Part shown: positions 1 to 8,756 of the stretch, one piece after another
How positions within the stretch are numbered: position 1 is the stretch's first letter
Layout: every line of letters starts with the position of its first letter
Assembly: GCA_963666485.2 (NCBI GenBank)
Contig: CAXXUO010000002.1
Coordinates: forward strand, 352,001 to 416,000
Source: Syntrophorhabdaceae bacterium
GTDB taxonomy: Bacteria; Desulfobacterota; Syntrophorhabdia; Syntrophorhabdales; Syntrophorhabdaceae
Direction of reading: 5' to 3'
DNA length: 64,000 nt
Program-made: the position numbers and the translations under genes
Notes under the pieces: model-generated
What the model was told of the DNA's origin: nothing
The model's input: the letters and a program-made list of their open reading frames with translations, nothing else
The model's database searches: none

Positions 1-28
1 GGAAGGTGATGATCTCAAGGAGAAAAAG

Positions 29-103
29 CGTCCCCAGGGGGATTCGAACCCCCGTTGCCGGCTTGAAAGGCCGGTGTCCTGGACCAGGCTAGACGATGGG
101 GAC
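29..103 (-). tRNA. tRNA-Glu(TTC)
   Basis: Reverse complement GTCCCCATCGTCTAGCCTGGTCCAGGACACCGGCCT-TTC-AAGCCGGCAACGGGGGTTCGAATCCCCCTGGGGACG folds as a cloverleaf; CCA not encoded. Confidence 0.95.
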
Positions 104-114
104 ATCTCATAATA

Positions 115-188
115 TGGGCCGTGAAGGACTTGAACCTTCGACTCTCTGCTTAAAAGGCAGATACTCTACCAGACTGAGTTAACGGCCC
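115..188 (-). tRNA. tRNA-Lys(TTT)
   Basis: Reverse complement GGGCCGTTAACTCAGTCTGGTAGAGTATCTGCCT-TTT-AAGCAGAGAGTCGAAGGTTCAAGTCCTTCACGGCCCA; CCA not encoded. Confidence 0.95.
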
Positions 189-200
189 AAAACGTGCATT

Positions 201-229
201 AACATATGAAAAATTTATTACAAAGTCAA
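201..229 (-). promoter_or_regulatory. sigma70-type promoter for the tRNA-Lys/tRNA-Glu pair
   Basis: TTGACT-17 nt-TATGTT on the minus strand, 12 nt upstream of tRNA-Lys. Confidence 0.6.
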
Positions 230-270
230 GTGGAATGAGTCCAACAGGGCGCTTCACGACAAGTCTGTCA

Positions 271-300
271 TTGACTCGCCTTGAACGCTCACTCTATAAT
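271..300 (+). promoter_or_regulatory. sigma70-type promoter for nadCAB
   Basis: TTGACT-18 nt-TATAAT, ending 9 nt before ATG 310. Confidence 0.55.
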
Positions 301-309
301 ATTGTCACC

Positions 310-1131
310 ATGTTGCCCGGGATCAAAGAGTTCTTGATGGAAGATATCGGCATCGAGGACATTACGACAAATTCCATAATACCCCCCGAACATCGTTCGC
401 ATGCAAAGATCATTGCGAAAGAGACCGGGGTGCTCGCCGGCCAGGCGATAGCACGGGAGATCTTTTCGTTCCTCGATAGCGGGATCTCCTATACGGAGCA
501 CAAAAAAGACGGCGACCTCGTCCGTCCCGGAGAGGTGATCAGTGAAATAGCCGGACAGACGCGGGCCATCCTTACCGGGGAAAGGGTCGCCCTCAATATA
601 CTCCAGAGATTGTCCGGGACGGCCTCCCTTACGAGAAAATTTGTCGATGCCGTTGCGGGTACGAAAACACGGATACTCGACACGCGAAAGACGACCCCCG
701 GGATGAGGGACATGGAGAAATATGCCGTCAGGATGGGGGGCGGGACCAATCACAGGCGCAACCTTACTGAAATGGCACTGATCAAGGAAAATCATATAGC
801 GGTCGCCGGGTCGATATACGAGGCCGTTGGCCTGGTACGGCGGACATCCGGTGTCCCCGTCGAGGTAGAGGTCAGGACCATGGATGAACTGAAAGAAGCC
901 GTTCAGGCCGGTGCGGACCGCATTATGCTCGATAACTGGGACACCGCGTCCATGGTGGAGGCCGTGAAATTCGTGAACGGGCGCATAGAGATAGAAGCGT
1001 CCGGGAACATGACGCTCGATCGCGTCCGGGAGGTTGCACTGACCGGGGTGGACTTCATATCGGTCGGCGCCCTCACCCACTCGGCGGGGTCCCTCGACAT
1101 GAGCCTGCTTCACGAGGGAGTAAAAACATGA
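310..1131 (+). CDS. nadC: Quinolinate phosphoribosyltransferase
   Basis: DTRKTTPG, GGxNHR, IKENH, EVEV, MLDN, EASG, VDFISVGALTHS motifs; start moved to ATG 310. Confidence 0.95.
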   Translation: MLPGIKEFLMEDIGIEDITTNSIIPPEHRSHAKIIAKETGVLAGQAIAREIFSFLDSGISYTEHKKDGDLVRPGEVISEIAGQTRAILTGERVALNILQRLSGTASLTRKFVDAVAGTKTRILDTRKTTPGMRDMEKYAVRMGGGTNHRRNLTEMALIKENHIAVAGSIYEAVGLVRRTSGVPVEVEVRTMDELKEAVQAGADRIMLDNWDTASMVEAVKFVNGRIEIEASGNMTLDRVREVALTGVDFISVGALTHSAGSLDMSLLHEGVKT

Positions 1132-2189
1132 CGTCGGAAAAGAGCATATCACAGGCAGAGATACATGACAGGATCATGGCAGCGAAGAAAGCGCTGGGAA
1201 AAGACCTTGTCATTCTTGCCCACTATTACCAGAACATCACCATCGTGCGGGCCGCCGATTTTGTGGGCGATTCGCTTCAACTGGCACAGAGCGCCTCACG
1301 CCAGGCGGACGCAAAGTACATCGTCTTCTGCGCCGTCTCCTTCATGGCGGAGATGGCGAGGATCCTCTGCCAGCCGCATCAGAAGGTATTTCATCCCGAA
1401 CTCGCTGCAAAATGCCCGCTTGCCGAAATGGCGGTGATCCGTGATGTCGAGAAGGCGTGGGACCTTCTGAAGGGAACGGGCAGGACGATCATACCCGTCG
1501 TGTACGTCAATTCGCGCGCCGACCTCAAAGCCTTTTGTGGAAAGAACGGGGGCTTTGTCTGTACCTCCGCGAATGCCGCAAAGGCGATGGGCCACGTCCT
1601 GTCGCAGGGCGCGATACCGCTCTTTTTCCCGGATGAGAACCTGGGCAGGAACACCGCACATACCATGGGCATAACAGATGACGAGATGTTCCTGTGGGAG
1701 CCGTACACCGACATATCCGAAAAGAATATCGCGGAAATAGCCCGCAAGAAGGTAATCCTCTGGCGCGGTTTCTGCTATGTCCATGTTGCCTTTAAACCGT
1801 CCGACATAGACGACGTGAAGAAAACGCACGGGAGCGATATCAAGATCATCGTTCACCCGGAATGCATACCCGGGGTCGTTGAGCGTTCGGACTACGTGGG
1901 CTCGACGAGCTTTATCAAGAGCACGGTCGAGGCCGCGGCACCGAGGTCCAAGTGGGCCATTGGAACGGAAATAAACTTCGTGAACAGGCTCAAGGAGGAC
2001 AATCCCGATAAACTCGTCGTTCCGCTCAAGGAATGGGGATGCCGGGAGATGGCCAAGGTCACCTCGCTGAAATTCCTCGAGGTCCTGGAGAATCTCGTTC
2101 ACGGAAGGCCCCAGCCTGAAGTTGCCGTTGATCCGGACGATGCAAAATATGCTAAAATTGCACTGGAAAGGATGCTTGCGATAACCTGA
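1128..2189 (+). CDS. nadA: Quinolinate synthase
   Basis: ILAHYYQ, GDSLQL, FCAVSFMAE, YVNS, CTSANA, HPEC, GTE motifs; ATGA overlap with nadC. Confidence 0.95.
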   Translation: MTSEKSISQAEIHDRIMAAKKALGKDLVILAHYYQNITIVRAADFVGDSLQLAQSASRQADAKYIVFCAVSFMAEMARILCQPHQKVFHPELAAKCPLAEMAVIRDVEKAWDLLKGTGRTIIPVVYVNSRADLKAFCGKNGGFVCTSANAAKAMGHVLSQGAIPLFFPDENLGRNTAHTMGITDDEMFLWEPYTDISEKNIAEIARKKVILWRGFCYVHVAFKPSDIDDVKKTHGSDIKIIVHPECIPGVVERSDYVGSTSFIKSTVEAAAPRSKWAIGTEINFVNRLKEDNPDKLVVPLKEWGCREMAKVTSLKFLEVLENLVHGRPQPEVAVDPDDAKYAKIALERMLAIT

Positions 2190-3760
2190 TGAAAACTGAA
2201 GAGAAATTTTATTGCGACGTACTCATAATCGGTTCCGGGATAGCGGGCCTGTCGTGTGCCATCACGGCCGCCGAGCTCGGGCTCGATGTCATTATCCTCA
2301 ATAAAGAGGCATCGATCCAGGAATCGAACACAAATTACGCCCAGGGCGGCATCGTTGCGCGGGGCCTCGAGGATTCCCCCGAACTCCTTGCCGAGGACAT
2401 CATACAGGCCGGCGATGGCATATCGAACCCCGATGCCGTCCGGATCATCGCCTATGAAGGCCCGGGCATGGTGGAAGATTTCCTCATCAAGAAGGTTGGG
2501 GTACCTTTTTCGCGGGCCGGAGACGATGAGTTCGAATTCGCACGCGAAGGAAGCCATTCGCGCAGAAGGATCCTTCACTCAAAGGATTCGACCGGGAAGG
2601 CCATAGAGACCGCGCTCATCAACAAGCTCGGCGAATACAAGAATATTCGTGCATATGCGGACCACACGGCGATAGACCTTTTAACCATACCGCATAATTC
2701 GATCAACCCCATAGCACTCTACAGGGAACCTCAGTGCATAGGCGCGTATGTCCTCAACAATAAAACGGGGAATGTCGAGCGTTTCTTTTCGTCCTACACC
2801 GTGCTCGCAACGGGCGGGCTCGGGCGGATATATCAGCATACGACCAACCCCACCCTCGCAACCGGTGATGGCTTCGCCATGGCGGACCGGGCGGGGGCGC
2901 GGCTCATCAACATGGAATACATACAGTTCCACCCCACAACCCTTTTTCACAAGGATGCCGACGGTTTCCTCATCTCAGAGGCGCTTCGGGGTGAGGGGGC
3001 ACGGCTCAAAACAAAGGATGGGGTCCCTTTCATGGCGAAGTATTCCGAGCTTGGCGACCTCGCTCCGAGGGACGAGGTATGCCGCGCAATGTACGAGGAG
3101 ATGATAAAGCGCGGGGATTCGTATGTCTATCTCGATATAGCCTCGTATACGGACATCAATGTCAAGAAACGGTTCCCGATGATCTACGAAAGGTGCCTCG
3201 ACTTTGACATAGATATCCAGAAGGTGCCCATTCCCGTCGTTCCCGCTGCCCATTACAGTTGCGGGGGCGTGCAGGTCGACACGTGGGGAAAGTCCTCACT
3301 CAAGTGCCTGTATGCCGCCGGCGAGGTGGCTGCGACCGGCCTTCACGGCGCAAACAGGCTCGCGTCGACGTCCCTTCTCGAGGGACTCGTCTGGGGCATA
3401 CGCTCCGCGAAGGACATTGCCGGCAGTTTCAACGGGAACAAACCGTACAAGGAATCCGACATACCTCCCTGGCAGTTCCCGGAAAGGACCGAGGAGACCG
3501 ACCCTGCCCTCATACAGCAGGACTGGGTCAGCATAAAATCGACGATGTGGAACTACGTCGGCATCATTCGCACAGTGAGAAGGCTCGAGCGTGCCCAGGC
3601 GGATATCGGGTACCTGAAGAACCGTGTCGACGATTTTTACCGCAGGGCCCAGCTCGTCCCCATGGTCATCGACCTGCGCAACGGCGTCAGGACCGCCCGG
3701 ATCGTCGCCGAGGCCGCACTGAAGAACAACGTGAGCCGGGGAGCGCATTTTATAAAATAA
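2189..3760 (+). CDS. nadB: L-aspartate oxidase
   Basis: GSGIAGL FAD motif, YAQGG, EGSHSRRRILH, QFHPT, HYSCGG, LHGANRLASTSLLEG, SRGAH. Confidence 0.95.
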   Translation: MKTEEKFYCDVLIIGSGIAGLSCAITAAELGLDVIILNKEASIQESNTNYAQGGIVARGLEDSPELLAEDIIQAGDGISNPDAVRIIAYEGPGMVEDFLIKKVGVPFSRAGDDEFEFAREGSHSRRRILHSKDSTGKAIETALINKLGEYKNIRAYADHTAIDLLTIPHNSINPIALYREPQCIGAYVLNNKTGNVERFFSSYTVLATGGLGRIYQHTTNPTLATGDGFAMADRAGARLINMEYIQFHPTTLFHKDADGFLISEALRGEGARLKTKDGVPFMAKYSELGDLAPRDEVCRAMYEEMIKRGDSYVYLDIASYTDINVKKRFPMIYERCLDFDIDIQKVPIPVVPAAHYSCGGVQVDTWGKSSLKCLYAAGEVAATGLHGANRLASTSLLEGLVWGIRSAKDIAGSFNGNKPYKESDIPPWQFPERTEETDPALIQQDWVSIKSTMWNYVGIIRTVRRLERAQADIGYLKNRVDDFYRRAQLVPMVIDLRNGVRTARIVAEAALKNNVSRGAHFIK

Positions 3761-3764
3761 AAAA

Positions 3765-3840
3765 ACGGCGTACGGCGTACGGCTGACGGCGTACGGTGAA
3801 AAGATAACCCATCGCCCGTTACCCATCATCGTTAACCGCT
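3765..3840. repeat. Heptamer tandem array (ACGGCGT-type x5) followed by a degenerate opposing array (ACCCATC/GCCCGTT)
   Basis: Read directly, starting 4 nt after the nadB stop. Confidence 0.8.
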
Positions 3841-3888
3841 AGCGTATCGCTTCTATAACATTTAATAGCGGGCAGTACGACAAGAAGG

Positions 3889-3925
3889 AAAACCTTGGAT
3901 CCCGGTGTCAAGCACCGGGATGACG
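3889..3925 (-). repeat. CGTC-type palindromic repeat, subtype A (AAAACCTTGGATCCCGGTGTCAAGCACCGGGATGACG)
   Basis: Identical copies at 15533, 45226 and 49507; hairpin ATCCCGGTG-TCAAG-CACCGGGAT. Confidence 0.9.
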
Positions 3926-4029
3926 TCATATGGCAGGGGTCCACGATATAGACTGTAAAGGTCTCGATCGTGCAGGATGCACTGGTCAGGATAAGCGTTG
4001 ACAACTACAGACTCATAAATGAAGAGTCA

Positions 4030-4317
4030 CGGTCTTCCGGTTAAGATTGTTTCAGTGTAAGACACTCCAATCGCAGAGGGATATCAACTGCCACTCATTC
4101 ATTGTCAAACCTTCCGGAAAAATTTGGGGGACGTCCTTAAGAAAGTAAGAAACTCCTCAAACAACTAAACGGACCGCCCTGTCGTTATTATCCCCGGACC
4201 GGGTAATTCTAAGTTACTTACTTTCTTAAGGACGTCCCCTTTGCCTTTATAAGTTACTTACTTTCTTAAGGACGTCCCCTTTGCCTTTACAGTATAACGA
4301 GCTTAACCGGGAGACTG
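4030..4317. mobile_element. Putative MITE or IS remnant with 29-bp imperfect terminal inverted repeats and nested internal repeats
   Basis: 4032-4060 vs reverse complement of 4287-4315 match 23/29; internal perfect 23-bp inverted repeat (4127-4149 / 4217-4239); 40-bp tandem duplication (4210-4249 / 4250-4289); no transposase ORF. Confidence 0.5.
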
Positions 4318-4380
4318 GTTGTTAACGCAAATGTTGACTAGGGCAGATAGATGGAAATGAAAGACAACCCAGCAGAAGAG

Positions 4381-4447
4381 GCCTTTAGCCTTTAGCCTTT
4401 AGCCTTTAGCCTTTAGCCTTTAGCCGTACGCCGTTAGCCGTACGCCG
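4381..4447. repeat. Heptamer tandem array GCCTTTA x6 then GCCGTAC/GCCGTTA
   Basis: Read directly; abuts stop of minus-strand gene at 4453. Confidence 0.9.
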
Positions 4448-4452
4448 ATTTC

Positions 4453-4995
4453 TTATCCCTCATCTTCCAATTCCGCTATCGTCAGCTTTTGCACCCCGAA
4501 GCTTTTGGCTGCGCGTACATCTTTGTCCATGAAGACATCGACGCGGTGGCCGAATCTCGGGTGCATGCGGTCGGCTACGGTGCAGTCGCCGATCGTTTCT
4601 ATCCTGAGCCGGGTATTGAGAGGGTATGCGTTGCTGGCCACGATGCATTCGCCCTTTTTGTATCTTTTGCAGATATCGGTCCCGTCGGCCGATATGCAGG
4701 GAGTGGAATCGGTCTGTTCGGGCACGGAATTATACGCCGTTACCTCGCGGACCATCCATCGTTTTTCTCTTTTGCCGCCCGTGGCATTCGATTCCGCGCG
4801 GACGCCGGCCGGTTCCCTGCTGTCACTTTTCGTTGCAAGGGCCACCGCGTGTTCACCGAATATCTTTTTTTCATTAGCCTGCGACTGCATCAGTTCTATC
4901 ACACCGGCAATGAGCACAAAACCAAGGCTGATACAGAGTACGCGCCGCACATGGGCCCTTATTGCGGCTTTTACAGCAAAAGATCGGTGCATCAT
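4453..4995 (-). CDS. Membrane-anchored 3D-domain (double-psi beta-barrel, MltA-like) protein
   Basis: N-terminal TM; VTAYNS..QTDSTPCISADG, IVASN..PLNT, VADRM, VDVFM, AKSFG motifs; start uncertain. Confidence 0.7.
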   Translation of the reverse strand: MMHRSFAVKAAIRAHVRRVLCISLGFVLIAGVIELMQSQANEKKIFGEHAVALATKSDSREPAGVRAESNATGGKREKRWMVREVTAYNSVPEQTDSTPCISADGTDICKRYKKGECIVASNAYPLNTRLRIETIGDCTVADRMHPRFGHRVDVFMDKDVRAAKSFGVQKLTIAELEDEG

Positions 4996-5147
4996 TAGGA
5001 AAACGTAACACGGGGAGTCGGGCATTTCTGTAGCGCAAGCGACAAAAATGGTGTGGTCGCTTTTTCAGAAAAGCATCGTCCCGAATGATTACAAACTGTT
5101 AAAGGCGGTCATCCATACAGAGTTTGAAGCGGCACTGAGAAATCAGT

Positions 5148-5729
5148 TCACCTGGGCGGGGGACGCATCAGGTCGCCCATCGTAGAGAGAAATGCCGCGT
5201 AATTGACTTCGTCGGCTTCCCGGGCACTGGCAAAATACGTGATCCTGAGCTTCATGAAGAGACCGCGGTACCCTGTGAGATAAAGGTGGGATATAAGCTT
5301 TATATTGTTCTGTTCGTAGGTCAGGACCCCATGGATGAATTTAACGGGCCCGACCGGAACGATCTCTTTTTTGATCGCAGGGGAAACATTCTTGTAGGTA
5401 CCTTGTTTTTCCAGTTCCCTGATATCGCTCAATGCCTGGTCGAATTCCTTACCCGCTGCGGGTGAGGACGCTCCATCCGGAATGGGGCCCTGTTGCAGGT
5501 CGTAGAGGAAAATATCCGCCCGCATTGTTTCAGTGCGGTAGGAAACACCGGTGCCAAGACCGGCATAAAGAGGCTCGTAATCCGTCGCCCGGACGAGCTT
5601 CAGGTTGCTGATCGTGTCCGGGAAGAGGATGCCCGACTTAGGATGACGATACGGTTCCGCGCCGGCAGCCGGGACCATCAGGACCACCCAGAGCAGCGCA
5701 AGACACATACGGACGCATATTTTTGTCAT
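5148..5729 (-). CDS. Hypothetical exported protein
   Basis: Signal peptide ending AGA-E; GAGGAG RBS before ATG 5729. Confidence 0.7.
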   Translation of the reverse strand: MTKICVRMCLALLWVVLMVPAAGAEPYRHPKSGILFPDTISNLKLVRATDYEPLYAGLGTGVSYRTETMRADIFLYDLQQGPIPDGASSPAAGKEFDQALSDIRELEKQGTYKNVSPAIKKEIVPVGPVKFIHGVLTYEQNNIKLISHLYLTGYRGLFMKLRITYFASAREADEVNYAAFLSTMGDLMRPPPR

Positions 5730-5742
5730 GGGTACTCCTCGC

Positions 5743-6207
5743 TTAAGGAACGGGGCTGTCCGCCTGCAACGCCTCATGTGCACGCATGATTTCCTTCTTC
5801 AGTTTTTCAACAAGATCTTCAGGTTTCGCAACCAGCCTGAAGGCCACGGCCTTGTTATCCTTGCGCAGGACCATGACCTTGCCGAACCCGAGAAAGACAC
5901 CGAGCGCGGGTTTAATAAAATCGGCCCCTGCGAGCTCTTTGTAGGGCATTTCATACAGGCGCGTGAAAGGAAAACCTATCTTGATGACGAGCTTTGAATC
6001 GGTAAGAACAAATTCCGACATCCGGAGGTTCCGGATGGAGAGCACTCCCCACGCTATCGCGACACCCATCATGACAAGGGCAGGAATGGTGTGTGCACGA
6101 ACGGATATTCCTCCTACGATAAAAAGCATCGCAGGCCCGAACAGGGCCGCCCAGTGCACCGTCGTGCGGTACAATATATTTTCCGTTTTTTCCTGTTTTT
6201 CTTCCAA
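5743..6207 (-). CDS. Bacterial PH-domain membrane protein
   Basis: HW motif, two TMs, EFVLTDSKLVIKIG, LGFGKV pattern. Confidence 0.7.
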   Translation of the reverse strand: MEEKQEKTENILYRTTVHWAALFGPAMLFIVGGISVRAHTIPALVMMGVAIAWGVLSIRNLRMSEFVLTDSKLVIKIGFPFTRLYEMPYKELAGADFIKPALGVFLGFGKVMVLRKDNKAVAFRLVAKPEDLVEKLKKEIMRAHEALQADSPVP

Positions 6208-6226
6208 TCCAGGTACTTCCTTTTTA

Positions 6227-6251
6227 ACCTTGGAGCGTGGAACCTGGAACC
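6227..6251. repeat. Short degenerate heptamer array (ACCTGGA/GCGTGGA)
   Basis: Between the mog stop and the PH-domain gene. Confidence 0.6.
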
Positions 6252-6258
6252 TTTGTTT

Positions 6259-6750
6259 TTACGTTCCGCAATCCGCCGGGTCGCCCTTAAGTTTCGCGAG
6301 TGCGTGAGGGATGGCCTTTATGACAAAACCAAGATTTTCCACGGCGGCCCGTTCGCTGCCGGGAAGGTTAATAATGATGCTGGTGCCGCGGATCCCCGCC
6401 ACCGCCCGTGATATGACCGCATGCGGCGTTATCTTATAGCTCTCTGAACGCATCACCTCGGCAAAACCGGGAAGGTCGCGATCGATGACCATGCGCGTCG
6501 CCTCGGGGGTAACATCACGCGGCGACAGTCCCGTCCCGCCCGTCGTTATCACGACATCCGCCTTCTCGACGTCTACGGCAGCTTTCAGGGCATCGGCTAT
6601 TACGCTCGTTTCATCGGGCACAACGATGACGTCATTCACGGCAAAACCTTGCTCTTCCATCATCTTCTTGAGAGCGGGCCCGCTCGTATCAACCCTTTCG
6701 CCGCGGGAACCTTTGTCGCTCACCGTTATTATCCGGACCTTGTAACTCAT
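6259..6750 (-). CDS. mog: Molybdopterin adenylyltransferase (MogA/MoaB family)
   Basis: ITVSD, DTSGP, TTGGTGLSPRDVTPEAT, SRAVAG, INLPGS. Confidence 0.9.
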   Translation of the reverse strand: MSYKVRIITVSDKGSRGERVDTSGPALKKMMEEQGFAVNDVIVVPDETSVIADALKAAVDVEKADVVITTGGTGLSPRDVTPEATRMVIDRDLPGFAEVMRSESYKITPHAVISRAVAGIRGTSIIINLPGSERAAVENLGFVIKAIPHALAKLKGDPADCGT

Positions 6751-7184
6751 TCAATGACCTCTAATTCGTCCCCTATCGAAACATCCCCCTCGGTCAGGAC
6801 CTCGGTAAAGATCCCCTCGCGCGGCATGACGCAATCACCCACCGCCTGAAAAATAGCGCATCGCGTGTGGCACTCCTTCCCTATCTGCGTTACACGCAGG
6901 AGGATCCCCTTCGACGTACGGAGCGTGGTCCCGATGGGCAATTCATAAAGGACGATCCCTTCGGTCGTCAAATTCTCCGCGAAATCCCCGGGTTTCACGT
7001 CGAGGCCTTTTTCCCGGATCTTCTCTATGCTTTCCATCGCAAGCAGGCTTACCTGACGGTGCATGAAGCCCGCATGCGCGTCTCCGGCAAGGCCCTTGTC
7101 CTTGAGCAGGAAGCAGGAGCCTATATTACGCTTCTTCTCGCCTTTCTCTTCGCTTATATTGACCGAGATTATCTTCCCTTTCAT
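6747..7184 (-). CDS. MOSC domain protein
   Basis: GDAHAG..HRQVSLLA, PGDFAENLTT, TQIGKECH..C, CVMPREG. Confidence 0.88.
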   Translation of the reverse strand: MKGKIISVNISEEKGEKKRNIGSCFLLKDKGLAGDAHAGFMHRQVSLLAMESIEKIREKGLDVKPGDFAENLTTEGIVLYELPIGTTLRTSKGILLRVTQIGKECHTRCAIFQAVGDCVMPREGIFTEVLTEGDVSIGDELEVIE

Positions 7185-7675
7185 GCTTTCTTTCCCGTTT
7201 TCCTTCTCGTATACGTTCCGCTCTTACCGCCGCTTTTCTGAACAAGGTAAAAAGGGCCAAGTTCGATGCCCTTATCGACCGCCTTGCACATATCATATAT
7301 GGTCAGCCCGACGACCGAGGCGCACGTCATCGCCTCCATCTCCACCCCTGTCTGTCCTTTTGTCCTTACCGTGGACGTAATGCCGACAGAATGATGGGCA
7401 TCATCGAAATCAAATTCGACGTCGACATGGGTGATCGCGAGAGGATGGCACAGCGGTATCAATTCGTGGGTCTTCTTCGCAGCCATGATACCGGCGATCT
7501 TCGCCACGTTGAATATATCACCCTTCGGCCCCTGTCCGCCCCTCACAAGATCATAGGTCTTCTGCGACATCGTGACCGCGCCCCGGGCGATAGCCTCCCG
7601 ATCCGTCTCCTTTTTCCCCGTAACATCGACCATCCGCGCATTCCCCTTACTATCAATATGGCTCAATCTTCCCAT
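7181..7675 (-). CDS. moaC: Cyclic pyranopterin monophosphate synthase
   Basis: MVDVTGK, AGIMAAKKT..LIPLCHP, TGVEMEA, TIYDMCKAVD, KSGGKSG. Confidence 0.95.
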   Translation of the reverse strand: MGRLSHIDSKGNARMVDVTGKKETDREAIARGAVTMSQKTYDLVRGGQGPKGDIFNVAKIAGIMAAKKTHELIPLCHPLAITHVDVEFDFDDAHHSVGITSTVRTKGQTGVEMEAMTCASVVGLTIYDMCKAVDKGIELGPFYLVQKSGGKSGTYTRRKTGKKA

Positions 7676-7700
7676 CGCCACCCCCGCCAATTTCTTTCTG

Positions 7701-7745
7701 ACCTCTTCCCTCTTCCCTCTTGCCTATCGCCTATCGCCTATCGCC
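7701..7745. repeat. Heptamer array CCCTCTT x3 then GCCTATC x3
   Basis: Inside the moaA-moaC intergenic gap. Confidence 0.8.
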
Positions 7746-7754
7746 CGGCGGCTT

Positions 7755-8738
7755 TCAGCCGCCTATATTCCTCAACGTCCTCTGGCATTTCCTGATCGAG
7801 CCGATCTCGTGTTTCCTCTCCGGCTTCACCTTGACCACGTCACGGACAAATTCCCTGATCGCCTCGTCATCGCTGCCCGATCTCAAAAGGGACCTCAGGT
7901 CATATTCCACGTCGGAAAAAAGGCACGGGCGCAGCATGCCGCGCGCCGTCAACCGGATCCTGTTGCACTCGGCGCATATGTGAGACGAAACGGGGCTTAT
8001 AAAACCGATCCTGCCCGAACCCCCCGCTATATCGTACACCTTTGCCGGGCCCCTGGCGTTCGCAAGCGACGGGACCAGTTCGAACGTACGCCGGATCTCA
8101 TCCTCGATCTGTTTCGAGGTGATAATGTCCGTGCTCTTCCACAAAGAGGTGTCGCCGAAGGGCATAAACTCTATGAACCGTATCTCGTGGTCCCATTTCC
8201 TGGCTATGCGGACAAAATCGAGTATCTCGTCATCGTTGAAGCCCTTGATGATGACGGTGTTGATCTTGATGGGCTTGAGGCCGCTAAAGGACGCCTTTTT
8301 GATGCTGTCGATCACCCGGTCGAATGCATCGATGCAGGTGATCCACGCGAACCGGTCTTTCCTGAGCGTATCGAGGCTGATATTGATCCTCTTTAAACCG
8401 GCCTCCTTCAGTTCATCTATTTTATCTGCAAGGAGCACGGCGTTCGTCGTAAGACTGATATCCGTGATGCCTTCTATGGCGGCAAGTTCCTTGAGAAGGT
8501 AGGGCAGGCCCTTTCTTGTCAGGGGCTCGCCCCCGGTAAGACGGAGTTTTTTCACCCCCAGGGTTGCACACACCCTGACAAACCGGATGATCTCCTCGTA
8601 GGTCAGGATCTCCGTGTGCGGTATGAACGGGAAATCGCCATCCACGCAGTACCTGCAGCGCAGGTTGCACCTGTCCGTGACAGATATGCGGATGTAATCT
8701 ATGACCCGGTTATAGTCGTCTACAAGACGCGACATCAT
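7755..8738 (-). CDS. moaA: GTP 3',8-cyclase (radical SAM)
   Basis: RISVTDRCNLRCRYC, RLTGGEP, FIEFMP, CAECNRIRLT..PCLF, C-terminal IGG. Confidence 0.95.
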   Translation of the reverse strand: MMSRLVDDYNRVIDYIRISVTDRCNLRCRYCVDGDFPFIPHTEILTYEEIIRFVRVCATLGVKKLRLTGGEPLTRKGLPYLLKELAAIEGITDISLTTNAVLLADKIDELKEAGLKRINISLDTLRKDRFAWITCIDAFDRVIDSIKKASFSGLKPIKINTVIIKGFNDDEILDFVRIARKWDHEIRFIEFMPFGDTSLWKSTDIITSKQIEDEIRRTFELVPSLANARGPAKVYDIAGGSGRIGFISPVSSHICAECNRIRLTARGMLRPCLFSDVEYDLRSLLRSGSDDEAIREFVRDVVKVKPERKHEIGSIRKCQRTLRNIGG

Positions 8739-8756
8739 GGAACGTATCTTCTCCTG

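Noticed and set aside
235..309. N-terminal extension of nadC in the ORF track
   Set aside because: It overlaps a good sigma70 promoter, and NadC similarity begins near ATG 310
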